From a virus (Duplodnaviria > Caudoviricetes), in IMG/VR virus record IMGVR_UViG_3300026493_000002: a DNA stretch of 64,000 bases; one strand, 5' to 3'. Each line of letters starts with the position of its first letter. The first letter of the stretch is position 1. The notes beneath the pieces are model-generated. The model had not been told where the DNA came from, searched no databases, and saw nothing but the letters and a program-made list of their open reading frames with translations. Shown piece by piece: positions 27,284-36,920 of the stretch. A program made the translations under genes and the position numbers.

Positions 27284-29839
27284 TCAAACCCTTCCGATCA
27301 AAGTAGGCACCATCGAGAGGTGCGGGAAGAACACAGGAATGTCGTTCAGGTCGATGCCGCCGGAGCGACGTGCAGCGTGTGCAACCGCAGGCTGAGCAGC
27401 GTTGGCGCCACCAGCAGCATTCGCAGGCGGAGTCGTGGAGTCAGCAACGATAGCAACCGGCTTGGCCTCAAGAGGAGCGTTCGCTGCAACCTTCTGCACC
27501 GGGTTCGGCACGGATGCCGTAGCAGTGCTTGCAGACGGAGACGAAGCGTTTGCCGTCTGGGTAGGCGACATGGTTGCAGTCGTGGTGCTGGGCTTGGTAG
27601 CAGTCGTGTCCACCGATGCAGTAACGCCATCGAACGCTCCGGACTTCGGAGGAGTGGTAGTAGCGACTTCTGCCTTGCCCTTCTCCGCGAGTGAGGCGTC
27701 AGCAACCGTACCGGCCTTGCCCTTGTCAGCGGCAGCAACAGCCAGCAGGTCCTTGCGCTCGTTCTCGATCCGTCGAGCCACACCAGCACGCATCTTCTCG
27801 GAAGAGGACTTGAAGCGGGTGTTGACGGTAGCAGCCTTGTAGTCCTGCACGGCGTTGACGATTTCCTCGTCGGTCATCTTGTTGGCGTCCTTGCCCTTGA
27901 GCGCCTCGGTAATCACGCTGGTACCACCGCCGTACTGCACGCTGGTGGACATGATCGCTTCCTGCACCGCACGGCCACGCTTGTTCACGTCAAGACCGGT
28001 GTCCTTGCCGACCTTCGATGCGAGCTTGTTGTAGTGCGTGTCCACGATGTAGTCGTGCTGGGCCTTCTCCATGCCCGCGCCATCGCTCTCCACGATTTGC
28101 TTGTAGCGAGCGTTGAACTCGGGACTGCCGGGCTTGAGGCCCGCGAACTGCGCACCGTACTTCTGACCTTCCTTCGATGCGAGGAACTTGGCCATCGAGC
28201 CGTTGTTGGTAGCCAGCTGGTGCTTGCCGTACGACACGCCGCCGTGGTCACCCTTACCGGACGATACGGTTGCAACACCGCGACCGCCAGATTCGTACTT
28301 GGCTGCGATGAAGCCCAGAGCGCCGCTGACACTCGCAGGAAGGGCGGACGCAACAGCACCAGCTGCTGCACGACCACCGCCAACGATTGCCTTACCGACT
28401 GAACCCGAGTTCTCCAGAGCAGTGACTGCCTTGCCGCCGTAGTTCATGATGCCGCCGACGATTGCCTTGGCCGGAGCCAGTGCTGCGTCGGTAGCCTTGG
28501 AGAAGACGTTCTTGGCGCCTTCCCACAAGTTGGAGCCGAACTCCATCAAGGTTCCGCCGAGGTTACCCACGACGTTCTTGAATCCATCGAATGCCTTGTT
28601 GACGCTCGGCAGGATGTTGTTCTTCCAGTCGCTCTTGAGGGCCTCGCGGGCATCCTCACTGAACGGGCTCATGAACAGAGACATACCGCGACCGATGTGG
28701 TCACCGATGCCAGACTTCTCGACAGCGCCACTGATCGAAGAACCGATCTTGTCAACGATGGCTTCACCGCCGAAGTAGCCGAGCGCACCGCCGCCGATAC
28801 CACCGACAGCACCACCGATTGCAGTACCGACGCCGGGGAAGATCAGGGTACCGAGTGCAGCACCTGCCTGTGCGCCGGCAGAGCCAAGTGCGAGCGCACC
28901 TGCCGTACCACCTGCGACGTTCGCAACTGCCTGGGCCTTCTCACCACCAGTCTTGGTGTCATCGTTGAGTGCCTGATAGGCAGTCAGACCGCCGGCAGCG
29001 ATAGCACCAGCAGCACCTGCCTTACGCAGCACACTGGTACCTACAGCGCGCGCTGCACCGGCCTCAACTGCGCCAGCTGCTGCACCGCCGCCACGAAGGC
29101 CGACAGCACCAAGAGCGCGACTGCCCAGTCCCTTTGCAGACTGGAGGGCACTGCCCGCCATCTGGCCACCGCGAGACAGCAGGCTTCCGCCAGTCTGGGT
29201 AGCACGTTGCAGAATGCCGCCACCGACGTTACGCACAGCACCGAGGGCACCAGCGCGGGGAATCGGTGGCGGACGGGCACCCCTCGGGATCGGAGGTGGG
29301 CGAGCTCCAGTACGAGCAGCGCCGACACCACGTGCGGCCTTGATGGAGCGAGCGCGTGCACGGGCACCAGGACGACGCGGACCACGGCGACCTCTACGAC
29401 CGCGACGGCCTTCACCGAGCAGGTCGAATGCAGAGTCGAGCAGGCCCGGGCCTTGACCCTGACGTTCGATCTTCTTCAACGTGACCAGCATTTCCTTCAT
29501 CAGTCCGCCGAGGTTCCCCTCCATCGAACGAATGTCGTTGCCGAGCGTGTAGCTCACGTTCTTCATGGACGAGATTTGACGCTCGCCCATGGTGCGATTC
29601 GCTTGCTGGTGCTTGTTCGCCTGCGCCTGTTGGTTTCGGCTACGCTCACCAGCCCACTTGTCCTGAATACCGAGGGCGCGCATCATTCGTTCGGAAGCGG
29701 AGTGTTGCCCCGCACCTACCTGACGCGCCAGCCGTTCGGTACCGGACTTCATCGCCTTGACATACTTCTCGCCGTCGTTTCCACGAAGCGACTGGAAGTA
29801 TTGCCGGCGATCATTGATTGTCTCCAGAATACCGGCCAT
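27284..29839 (-). CDS. Tape-measure-like protein with peptidoglycan hydrolase domain, 851 aa
   Basis: Follows the tail chaperone; Gly-zipper hydrophobic segment; KYESGG...GD.GG.SYGKHQL lysozyme-like motif. Confidence 0.8.
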   Translation of the reverse strand: MAGILETINDRRQYFQSLRGNDGEKYVKAMKSGTERLARQVGAGQHSASERMMRALGIQDKWAGERSRNQQAQANKHQQANRTMGERQISSMKNVSYTLGNDIRSMEGNLGGLMKEMLVTLKKIERQGQGPGLLDSAFDLLGEGRRGRRGRRGPRRPGARARARSIKAARGVGAARTGARPPPIPRGARPPPIPRAGALGAVRNVGGGILQRATQTGGSLLSRGGQMAGSALQSAKGLGSRALGAVGLRGGGAAAGAVEAGAARAVGTSVLRKAGAAGAIAAGGLTAYQALNDDTKTGGEKAQAVANVAGGTAGALALGSAGAQAGAALGTLIFPGVGTAIGGAVGGIGGGALGYFGGEAIVDKIGSSISGAVEKSGIGDHIGRGMSLFMSPFSEDAREALKSDWKNNILPSVNKAFDGFKNVVGNLGGTLMEFGSNLWEGAKNVFSKATDAALAPAKAIVGGIMNYGGKAVTALENSGSVGKAIVGGGRAAAGAVASALPASVSGALGFIAAKYESGGRGVATVSSGKGDHGGVSYGKHQLATNNGSMAKFLASKEGQKYGAQFAGLKPGSPEFNARYKQIVESDGAGMEKAQHDYIVDTHYNKLASKVGKDTGLDVNKRGRAVQEAIMSTSVQYGGGTSVITEALKGKDANKMTDEEIVNAVQDYKAATVNTRFKSSSEKMRAGVARRIENERKDLLAVAAADKGKAGTVADASLAEKGKAEVATTTPPKSGAFDGVTASVDTTATKPSTTTATMSPTQTANASSPSASTATASVPNPVQKVAANAPLEAKPVAIVADSTTPPANAAGGANAAQPAVAHAARRSGGIDLNDIPVFFPHLSMVPTLIGRV

Positions 29840-29853
29840 TGGAATCTCCCGTA

Positions 29854-29873
29854 GGGACTAGTTGCCTAGTCCC
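29854..29873 (-). other. 8-bp hairpin with GCAA tetraloop (minus strand) just upstream of the TMP RBS
   Basis: GGGACTAG-loop-CTAGTCCC. Confidence 0.75.
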
Positions 29874-29889
29874 AGTACAAAGCATCGGA

Positions 29890-30054
29890 CTACTTGGGTT
29901 TCTTACCGACATTCTCTTCCCGTTCCTTCCGATACCGGCTGTAGTTATACAGCAAGGTCTTTATGGGCATGTCGTCGTCGGGCTGCATACCTCGGTGGGT
30001 AAGCAACTCATACTGCATGTCCAGAAGGTCCTGCTCCGGGATCAGGGGAAAAAA
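29890..30054 (-). CDS. -1 frameshift extension of the tail assembly chaperone (GT-like product)
   Basis: Open -1 frame FFPLIPEQDLLDMQY...GKKPK entered at the slippery site; no clear RBS of its own. Confidence 0.75.
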   Translation of the reverse strand, partial: FFPLIPEQDLLDMQYELLTHRGMQPDDDMPIKTLLYNYSRYRKEREENVGKKPK

Positions 30055-30848
30055 GTGGTAGGCGTGAGGTTGACGTGATACGGCTCGGCCTTCATGCAGC
30101 GGCGGCACTTGATCTGCACCACCTCTTTCAGGCCATGCTGCATCAGTTCGTTGAGCGCCGTGCCGGTGTCGAGCATTTCCATTCCGGTTTCGTCGTCAGC
30201 GTCTTCCATGCGCTTGAACTTGTCCACTACCGTCTCACCTGCAACCCACTGGGCAGCTGCGGTCAGCATCACACGTTCCGGATCGGCCAGTGCCTTGCCC
30301 AGACCTTCGATATGCTTGGCGCGCGGGAAGTCGAAACCTGCCGGCAGCACCTGCTTAGCGAACTTCTCCTCACCTTCTTCATCGAGGCTGAGGATCTCAA
30401 TGTCGGACTTGTACACGGCTTCGGTGTTGTGCGTGCCGCAGTCTTCCTCGCGGTACAACGACAGGTCGTCGGGCATCGGGTAGGGATCCTCGTTGGGGAC
30501 GACCATGTTGGTCTCCTTGTGAACGAGGACGCGCTCGCCGCATTCCCAGCTCACCACGACGGGCGTCTTCGGGATCGAGTGGATCCGGAGCCACATCATG
30601 ACGTAGTAGAAGTCGCCGATGGTCAGCTCCTTCGCGTCCTGGGTAATGACCAGGTCGATGGCTCGGATCATGTGGGTCATGTCCTTGAGCGCAGCGGCCT
30701 TCGATACGAGCTTGAACTCCTTGATGCCGAACGGACGGATAAACATCGTGTTCCAGTCGTAGCCCTTGAACTGGCTCGGCAGCGCACCGATATCCTGGTA
30801 GCGCGAGTCAGCGAGGAGCAACTGGAGCTGGTTGTCGTTGTACTTCAT
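30042..30848 (-). CDS. Tail or baseplate assembly chaperone (G-like / gp26-like), 268 aa
   Basis: IRPFGIKE, LTIGDFYYVMMWLR, Cys pairs; lies between tube genes and TMP. Confidence 0.75.
   Translation of the reverse strand: MKYNDNQLQLLLADSRYQDIGALPSQFKGYDWNTMFIRPFGIKEFKLVSKAAALKDMTHMIRAIDLVITQDAKELTIGDFYYVMMWLRIHSIPKTPVVVSWECGERVLVHKETNMVVPNEDPYPMPDDLSLYREEDCGTHNTEAVYKSDIEILSLDEEGEEKFAKQVLPAGFDFPRAKHIEGLGKALADPERVMLTAAAQWVAGETVVDKFKRMEDADDETGMEMLDTGTALNELMQHGLKEVVQIKCRRCMKAEPYHVNLTPTTFFP
30048..30054 (-). promoter_or_regulatory. Programmed -1 frameshift slippery heptamer T TTT TTC
   Basis: X XXY YYZ in the correct frame, two codons before TGA, upstream of TMP. Confidence 0.8.
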
Positions 30849-30874
30849 GGTTGTAGGATCCCTGACAGGTTGGG

Positions 30875-31393
30875 TTAACGCGGAGACTTATGGAACGTGT
30901 ACTTCACGTCATCTACGCTGAAAGTCTGCTGATTGGTGATGCGTGCAGAGCCGTCAGAGTAGTTGAGGGAAAACGGGTTGGTGTCTGCCGGCCAGCAGCC
31001 GATAAGTTTGGCCGTGATCACCGCATCGTTCTTCTGATCCAGCAAGGTGACGATGATGTTGCGCTTGTACTGGGACGGAAGGCCATAGGCACCCGTCTCG
31101 AAGTTCTTGACTCTGGACTTCCAGTAGTTGAGCCACGAGGTGGATCGACCACTGCGGTCTTCGTAAAACGTTGCCGAGAACGAACTAACAGTGTGCGTGC
31201 CCGGATGGTAGATGAAGCGGGAACCCACGTACTGACCTTCGCTGACGCTGATATTGTTGAAGGGCAGGTCAATGGCTTCCATGAACTCCGGCGCCAAGTC
31301 GAACGGCAGGTACTTTGCCACCCACTTGAATGCCAGCAAGGGGTCCTCAAGGTTGAGGATCTTCTGAATATCGGTGAGAGTCTTATCTCCCAT
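30875..31393 (-). CDS. Tail tube-like protein 2 (gp19 / gp54-like)
   Basis: TFYED...W, L.GCWP motifs; paralog of the upstream tube gene. Confidence 0.8.
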   Translation of the reverse strand: MGDKTLTDIQKILNLEDPLLAFKWVAKYLPFDLAPEFMEAIDLPFNNISVSEGQYVGSRFIYHPGTHTVSSFSATFYEDRSGRSTSWLNYWKSRVKNFETGAYGLPSQYKRNIIVTLLDQKNDAVITAKLIGCWPADTNPFSLNYSDGSARITNQQTFSVDDVKYTFHKSPR

Positions 31394-31416
31394 GACTACA
31401 CCTCAACGGGCGCGAT

Positions 31417-31459
31417 GAAACACGAAAGCCTCCGCGCCGGCGACGCGGACACGGAGGCT
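31417..31459 (-). terminator. Terminator-like hairpin after the major tube gene
   Basis: AGCCTCCG / CGGAGGCT stem followed by TTTCGTGTTTC on the minus strand. Confidence 0.6.
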
Positions 31460-31505
31460 GGGATCGCGTAGGACGTTTTACAGTTCGCCTACGACCGGTC
31501 GAGAC

Positions 31506-32015
31506 TTAGCGGGCCTCGTACCAATCGTATTTGAAACTGACGCTCAGGGTGATCGCGGTCGAGTTGGAACCATCGAACTGGACTTCCGGCACCTGCGACG
31601 GCCACATGTTGACGATCCGGTACTCCTTGACCTTGGTGCCCTTCTGATCGAAGATCGTCAGGTAACCGTCGCGAGCGTACTCGGACTTGTATGCGCCGTG
31701 CTGGGTGTCGTGCGCACGGCAGAACTCGGCCCAGTTCTCGAGGATCGTCTGGATCTGCGCCATTCGATTCTCGAGGTACTGCACGGTCATATCGTGGGAG
31801 TACGTCAGGTTACCGACGTGTTCCAGCGTATGGCCGAACAGCTGCACTTCGACCGCGTTGATGGTCATGCCCGGCTTGGAAGCCTGCTGGCAGAGCATAC
31901 GCAGCGGGATGGTGTTGTCGCCCGTCGGCACGTTGGGAATGTCGAGGACGAAGTTGTCGGACAGCATCGGATCGGGGATCGCAGCTGCCACGTCGCCAAT
32001 GTTCGGCTTTGCCAT
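31506..32015 (-). CDS. Tail tube protein (T4 gp19-like)
   Basis: NMWPSQV, ITLSVSFKYDW motifs; 169 aa. Confidence 0.88.
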   Translation of the reverse strand: MAKPNIGDVAAAIPDPMLSDNFVLDIPNVPTGDNTIPLRMLCQQASKPGMTINAVEVQLFGHTLEHVGNLTYSHDMTVQYLENRMAQIQTILENWAEFCRAHDTQHGAYKSEYARDGYLTIFDQKGTKVKEYRIVNMWPSQVPEVQFDGSNSTAITLSVSFKYDWYEAR

Positions 32016-32050
32016 GGTACTAACTCCTGGGTGAAATGAATGACGCGTGG

Positions 32051-33004
32051 TTACTGCGCGGGCCGGGACTTCGACTTCTTGAGCTTCTTCCGGTTGGGAT
32101 AGCCCGGGCCCGATGCGAAGCCCTTGCCGAACTGCTTGGTCTTCTTGGCTGCATCACTCGCCAGACGGCCGACGAACTCCTTGGCCTTCGCACTGAGCGC
32201 GCTCTTGCCGGCCTCTTGCTGATAGGCCTCATCGGCAGCAGCAACCTTCACTGCGAGCGGATTCAGGGCCTTCTTGCGCTTGGCCTTCGCCTTTTCGTAT
32301 GCCTCGCTAGCCTTGTTCTCGAGGGCTTCCAGCGAGCGACGCTCCTTGCGGACATGCTCGTCGTAGTCGGCCAGAGCCTGCGAAGCATGATCCATGGAGT
32401 CCTGTGCGGTCTTCACTTCGGCGTCGAGTTCGGCGCGCTTCTTCTGGAAGGCGTCGAACTTTACCTTGACCGCGGCACGCTTGCCGGCACGCGCGCTGTT
32501 CTTGGCCGAGGTCAGCACCTTCTTGGCCTTGGCCAGCTGGGCTTTCGTCGGTGCCTTGGCGCTCTCGGACACGAAGTCGTGCAGCACGGGTGCGCTGCTG
32601 GAGTGCGAGCTCCATTCGATCTTTTCGGTGCCGTACAGCATGATGATCCACGAGCCATCCTCGAACGTCTCGGCGGTCTCGGAAATGACGATGTGGTTCT
32701 TGTCGCCCTTCGCGTTGATCGCGTAGATTTCGTTGGTGAACTCGTCGAAGCCGTGCTTCACCTCGAAGCCGGCGGAGCGCAGGGCGTTGGCGATCTTGAC
32801 AGCGAGGTTCTTGCCGTCGTCTTCACCAGGACCGACCAGTTCGGCGCCATCGCCGTCATACAGGTCGTCGAGCTTGACCTTCGGCACGGTCTTCTTGATG
32901 ACTGCGACCATGCCATCTGCCCACGGGTAATCGGCAGCAGTGCGGGTTTTCGACTCGCTGGTCTGCACACCCGTGGTGTCGACCAGATTGATCTTTCGGC
33001 TCAT
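32051..33004 (-). CDS. Hypothetical protein with Lys/Ala-rich coiled-coil C-terminus, possible DNA-binding internal head protein
   Basis: Composition; TSESK and VSESA motifs. Confidence 0.55.
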   Translation of the reverse strand: MSRKINLVDTTGVQTSESKTRTAADYPWADGMVAVIKKTVPKVKLDDLYDGDGAELVGPGEDDGKNLAVKIANALRSAGFEVKHGFDEFTNEIYAINAKGDKNHIVISETAETFEDGSWIIMLYGTEKIEWSSHSSSAPVLHDFVSESAKAPTKAQLAKAKKVLTSAKNSARAGKRAAVKVKFDAFQKKRAELDAEVKTAQDSMDHASQALADYDEHVRKERRSLEALENKASEAYEKAKAKRKKALNPLAVKVAAADEAYQQEAGKSALSAKAKEFVGRLASDAAKKTKQFGKGFASGPGYPNRKKLKKSKSRPAQ

Positions 33005-33330
33005 GACTGTTGTTCTCGGTTGTGGAGCGGCATCACACTGAGGTCAATGTGAGGGCCGCCGCCAAATGAAATGATGTAGGCTCTTCGCCCGTGAGGCTTG
33101 TCGCTGCCTTGGTCTGCACATGAGCCACCTATGAAGTCGCAGATCGCTTGGATCAACTCTTCATCGCTAACCGCGTCCTCGACCCAGGGTATCGCCACTA
33201 GATCGAGGTCGTAGCTAAGAGAGCCGTGCACGGCAACACAGTAGCCCAGTTTTCGGCAGAGCTCCTGTATGCCCTGCAGACGCCACATGTAGAACATGTT
33301 GGCGCCTTTGATAGGCTCCCTGTTTGCCAT
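33001..33330 (-). CDS. Minimal nucleotidyltransferase-like protein (Pol-beta fold), 109 aa
   Basis: HGSLSYDLDL (GS plus DxD) and distal HIDLSV third Asp. Confidence 0.6.
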   Translation of the reverse strand: MANREPIKGANMFYMWRLQGIQELCRKLGYCVAVHGSLSYDLDLVAIPWVEDAVSDEELIQAICDFIGGSCADQGSDKPHGRRAYIISFGGGPHIDLSVMPLHNREQQS

Positions 33331-33713
33331 CAGCGTTCGCGGCGTTCGTTGGACACGAGGCGCAGGCCGATCAGGGACCGTGGCAGGATGAACTGCGCGG
33401 TGCGCGGCGAGGACGATTCCGGATCGAGGTAACGATTGACCTGTTCCTCCTGCGACTCCAGCAGTTCGGAGTCGGTCTCGTCGGTGAAGTCCTCGATCTC
33501 GGAGGCGATCTTGATACCGCGTTCCTTGATGGCGTTCTGCTTCTTGTCGAAGTCAGTGAACAGCTTGGTGACGGCCTTACGGAAGCTGGACTCATGGTCC
33601 ACGCGTTCCTTTTCGACCTTGTCCAATGCCTCGAACATGGTCTTGAACTTCTTGGTCTCGTCTTCGGTCAGCGTGGAAGCGGTGACGGCGAAGTCATGAA
33701 GTTGGATTTTCAT
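33330..33713 (-). CDS. Hypothetical coiled-coil protein, 127 aa
   Basis: Start taken at MKIQLHDFAVTAS. Confidence 0.55.
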   Translation of the reverse strand: MKIQLHDFAVTASTLTEDETKKFKTMFEALDKVEKERVDHESSFRKAVTKLFTDFDKKQNAIKERGIKIASEIEDFTDETDSELLESQEEQVNRYLDPESSSPRTAQFILPRSLIGLRLVSNERRER

Positions 33714-33786
33714 TGCGATGTTCCTGGGTTCTATGTTCGTAAGTGTCTCGGTGATGTGCAACCACCGAGACGCGTCTGGACTTGAA

Positions 33787-35259
33787 TCAGTGCGACACGG
33801 TGACGTTCATCACCTTGCCAACCTTGGCCTGCTTGGATTCGACCAGCTTCTTGTGGGCAGGTGCAAAGCCGGCGCGGATGAAGTGCATCACCGCGGACTT
33901 GCCGAGCTGGTTGACGAACTTCAAGCCGTACTTCTTGTCCTTCGGATCGGCCTGCACCGTGAAGTCCTGGTTGTACGACTTGCTGGCGTAGCGGTAGATC
34001 GGATCACCGCCGTTCTTGTCCACACTCACCAAGGTGTACGGGATCTTGGTGATGATCGACGCGCGGCCGGAAGGCTTGGAGTCAGCACCCGGCTTCAACA
34101 AGCGCGGCACGCTCGGGTCGGTCTTGACCATGCCGAGGCCGGTCGTTTCCATCTGCAACGTCTTGAGGTGACGATCGGCCATCTTGCGGTCGAAGGTCAG
34201 CGCGAAGTTGCGAGCCAGCCACTTCTGCATCAGGGGCTGGTCGGCCAGGGCCGGGCTCGGATCCTTGACGTACACAGCGCGAGGATCTGCGGGGTTGCGT
34301 GCGAAGCTGATCTGGAAATCACCGTTGGCATACGTGTACCACTCGGTCATCATCTTCTCGCCGCCGCGGACAGCAACGTTGCGATCCGGAACGGGCTTGC
34401 CGACCAGCTTGAGAACTACGTCGGCACGCCCCGGAACGTAGAACTTGTCCTTGGTCAGGGTGATGCCGCCACCGTCGTTTTCCTCGTCATAGCGGAAGCG
34501 GGCTTCGTAGCCGTACTTGCCACCCTTGGCATACGCACCGAGAACGGCACGCATGACTTCCGGAGTGAACACCTTCGGCTTGTCATTCTTGACGATCTGG
34601 TAGACGTTCGGCTTCACCGGATTCTGGACAGCACGGAACCCGTACACGTCATGACCGACCCAGAACGAGACCAGCGTGGATGCACGCAGCTTGCCACCGA
34701 CTTCAACAACGACGGAGACAGCACCAGCGACGTAAGCCGTGTTGGCGAACTCCTCGATCTCCTTCTCCAGGTCGGTCTTGAAGTTCGGGTCGTCCTGGAC
34801 GCTATCGACCCAGTTCTCCTGGTCCTCTTCGTTCGACTGCGAAACGAAGTCGCGCAGATCAATCTTGCTGGATACTCGGGAAGAGGCCAGTGCGGTGGCT
34901 TCGGTAACCTGCCGCACGTTGGTCATGGGGAACGGCGACTTGCCGATCGGGACGATGGAGTACTGACTGCCGCTCGGATGACGGGTGACCGCAACGCGGT
35001 TGGGACCACCCACTTCCTGAACAGTCCACGCCTTGATTCCGTTGGCGTCCAGGCCGGTCTTCACCAGGAAGCCATCCTCCACGAAGGAATCCATCAGCAG
35101 CTTGATGCGACGATAGCGCTCGGACTCGTTGGGCACAGTCAGTTCCAGATCGGCCTTGCCGGTCAGGAAGCGAGTGAGCTTGAGTCGCGGGAAGTGTTCC
35201 TTGATGCAGTCTTCCAGGTCCTTGACCCAGCGAGCGTTCGATTCGGAAATCATGTTCAT
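33787..35259 (-). CDS. Hypothetical 490-aa protein, possible head cargo
   Basis: TAAGGA coupling to the sheath stop; ISESN at residues 4-8. Confidence 0.6.
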   Translation of the reverse strand: MNMISESNARWVKDLEDCIKEHFPRLKLTRFLTGKADLELTVPNESERYRRIKLLMDSFVEDGFLVKTGLDANGIKAWTVQEVGGPNRVAVTRHPSGSQYSIVPIGKSPFPMTNVRQVTEATALASSRVSSKIDLRDFVSQSNEEDQENWVDSVQDDPNFKTDLEKEIEEFANTAYVAGAVSVVVEVGGKLRASTLVSFWVGHDVYGFRAVQNPVKPNVYQIVKNDKPKVFTPEVMRAVLGAYAKGGKYGYEARFRYDEENDGGGITLTKDKFYVPGRADVVLKLVGKPVPDRNVAVRGGEKMMTEWYTYANGDFQISFARNPADPRAVYVKDPSPALADQPLMQKWLARNFALTFDRKMADRHLKTLQMETTGLGMVKTDPSVPRLLKPGADSKPSGRASIITKIPYTLVSVDKNGGDPIYRYASKSYNQDFTVQADPKDKKYGLKFVNQLGKSAVMHFIRAGFAPAHKKLVESKQAKVGKVMNVTVSH

Positions 35260-35269
35260 GCAACTGTCC

Positions 35270-36838
35270 TTACTCGGTAGCGCTGGCGGTGAAGCGCGCG
35301 CCAGTCTTGTTGATGGTGGCCTGCAGCAGGATACGCTTCGCCGGCAGGACCGGGTCGACGTACACGTCCAGGATCAGGTCACCGTTCGCGGTGATCTCCG
35401 GCGGGTTGTTGCTTTCGTCGCAGGTGACACCGTAACGATGCACACCACGGCCGTTCTTGACGTTCTCGAGGAAGCGTTCGCAGATTTCGACCAGCTTGCC
35501 GCGCAGGATTTCGTCGTTGGGGTTGAACACCGAATACAGCGAGGTGTCCGACAGCGACGTTTCGAGGTACAGCATCAGGCGGCGCACGTTGACGTTCGAC
35601 AGTGCGGAGCGCATGGTCTGCAACGTATCGGCACCCCAGATGGCGATACCCACGCCTTCGAGGACGCGGATCGGGTTGATCTGCGATTCGACAAGCGCAT
35701 CGCGGTCGCCCTGGTTGTACGTCTCACGCACACCGCGCACACGCAGGTTGCCGCGCACCAGACCGGCGGGAGCGAACCACGTGGCAGCTTCACGATCCGT
35801 ACGTGCGTAGGCCGCAGCGACGTAGCCACTCGGCGGTACGTACAGCAGTCGGCTGGCGTAGTTATCGGCAACCAGCAGGTCGCAGCAGTACAGCGCCGAG
35901 TAGGAACTGTTGAGCGCGAGGCTACCACGACGCCAGTTGATCGCATCCTGCACACGCTGCTCGCCAGACGGAACGTCCAGGATCGCCATGCAGTCCATGC
36001 GGTCGGCACAGATTTCATCCATGCGCTGCTGGATCGCGGGGTTGACCAAGCCGGCGTTGATCAGGATGTTGACCGAGATTTCTTCCGGGTTGCGGTAGAG
36101 ATCCCACGCCTGCATCAGCTGGCCGGTGGTTGCGCGAGTGCCGTTGGTGCCGCCGCCCAGCTGGGTCTGGATCACCGACAGGATGAACTTGCGCTTCGGG
36201 TTCTGCATGTACTGCGGATGCGTCTCGTTCTGGACGATGCGGATCAGGGCAGAGCGGCGGTTGATGTGTTCCTGGATGTTCTGCTGCACACCGAAGCCAT
36301 CGACCTGGTGATTGAGGACAACCAGGAACGACTCGCTCGCAACACCACTGCCGTTCTCGAACACGTCCACGTAGAACGAATTGTCGTTGACCTTGGTGTT
36401 CGGGTAGACGCGGACAACCAGCTGCTGGTTCCACTCGCCAGGATCGACGGCATGGACCACGAACAGCTCATCCGGCCCGAAGTCGTACTCGTCGGGATAC
36501 TCGGTGCCCGTCTCCCACTTGTAGAAGGAGTTGAGCGAGTTCTCGTTGATGAACACCGTCGCACCGCCGTACTGCGCACCGGGCGCAACACGGGTAACGT
36601 ACAGGCGGTTGCCTTCGTTCAGGAACGCGAGCGCCGAGTAGTGCAGGTAACCCAGCGAAGCGTCGGGCGTGCCGAACTGGCGGATGAAGCTCTGGATGCT
36701 GGTGATAAGCGTGCGCTTGTTCACCGGGCCGCGATTCGACTCGCCAACGATGGCGGCAACCGAAGTGCTGACCTGGGACGCCTCTTGGGAGTTGTCAATC
36801 TCCTTGACGTAAACGCCCGCGGAGGAATTGTTAGCCAT
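35270..36838 (-). CDS. Tail sheath protein
   Basis: SAGVYVKEID, WFAPAG..RG, INPIR, IWG..TL, NVRRL motifs. Confidence 0.97.
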   Translation of the reverse strand: MANNSSAGVYVKEIDNSQEASQVSTSVAAIVGESNRGPVNKRTLITSIQSFIRQFGTPDASLGYLHYSALAFLNEGNRLYVTRVAPGAQYGGATVFINENSLNSFYKWETGTEYPDEYDFGPDELFVVHAVDPGEWNQQLVVRVYPNTKVNDNSFYVDVFENGSGVASESFLVVLNHQVDGFGVQQNIQEHINRRSALIRIVQNETHPQYMQNPKRKFILSVIQTQLGGGTNGTRATTGQLMQAWDLYRNPEEISVNILINAGLVNPAIQQRMDEICADRMDCMAILDVPSGEQRVQDAINWRRGSLALNSSYSALYCCDLLVADNYASRLLYVPPSGYVAAAYARTDREAATWFAPAGLVRGNLRVRGVRETYNQGDRDALVESQINPIRVLEGVGIAIWGADTLQTMRSALSNVNVRRLMLYLETSLSDTSLYSVFNPNDEILRGKLVEICERFLENVKNGRGVHRYGVTCDESNNPPEITANGDLILDVYVDPVLPAKRILLQATINKTGARFTASATE

Positions 36839-36888
36839 TGGAATCTCCTGTGCGGATGATGCTAAGTGCGATAACCCTTAGACAGTTG

Positions 36889-36898
36889 AAATTACGAA
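36889..36898 (-). promoter_or_regulatory. Putative late promoter TTCGTAATTT
   Basis: About 50 nt upstream of the sheath ATG. Confidence 0.75.
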
Positions 36899-36920
36899 GT
36901 GGTACGGAACGGCCTACTCT

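Noticed and set aside
21084-36838. T6SS or extracellular contractile injection system interpretation of PAAR, VgrG-like, gp25, sheath and tube genes
   Set aside because: Capsid, portal, protease and terminase are in the same gene run, so this is a phage tail.
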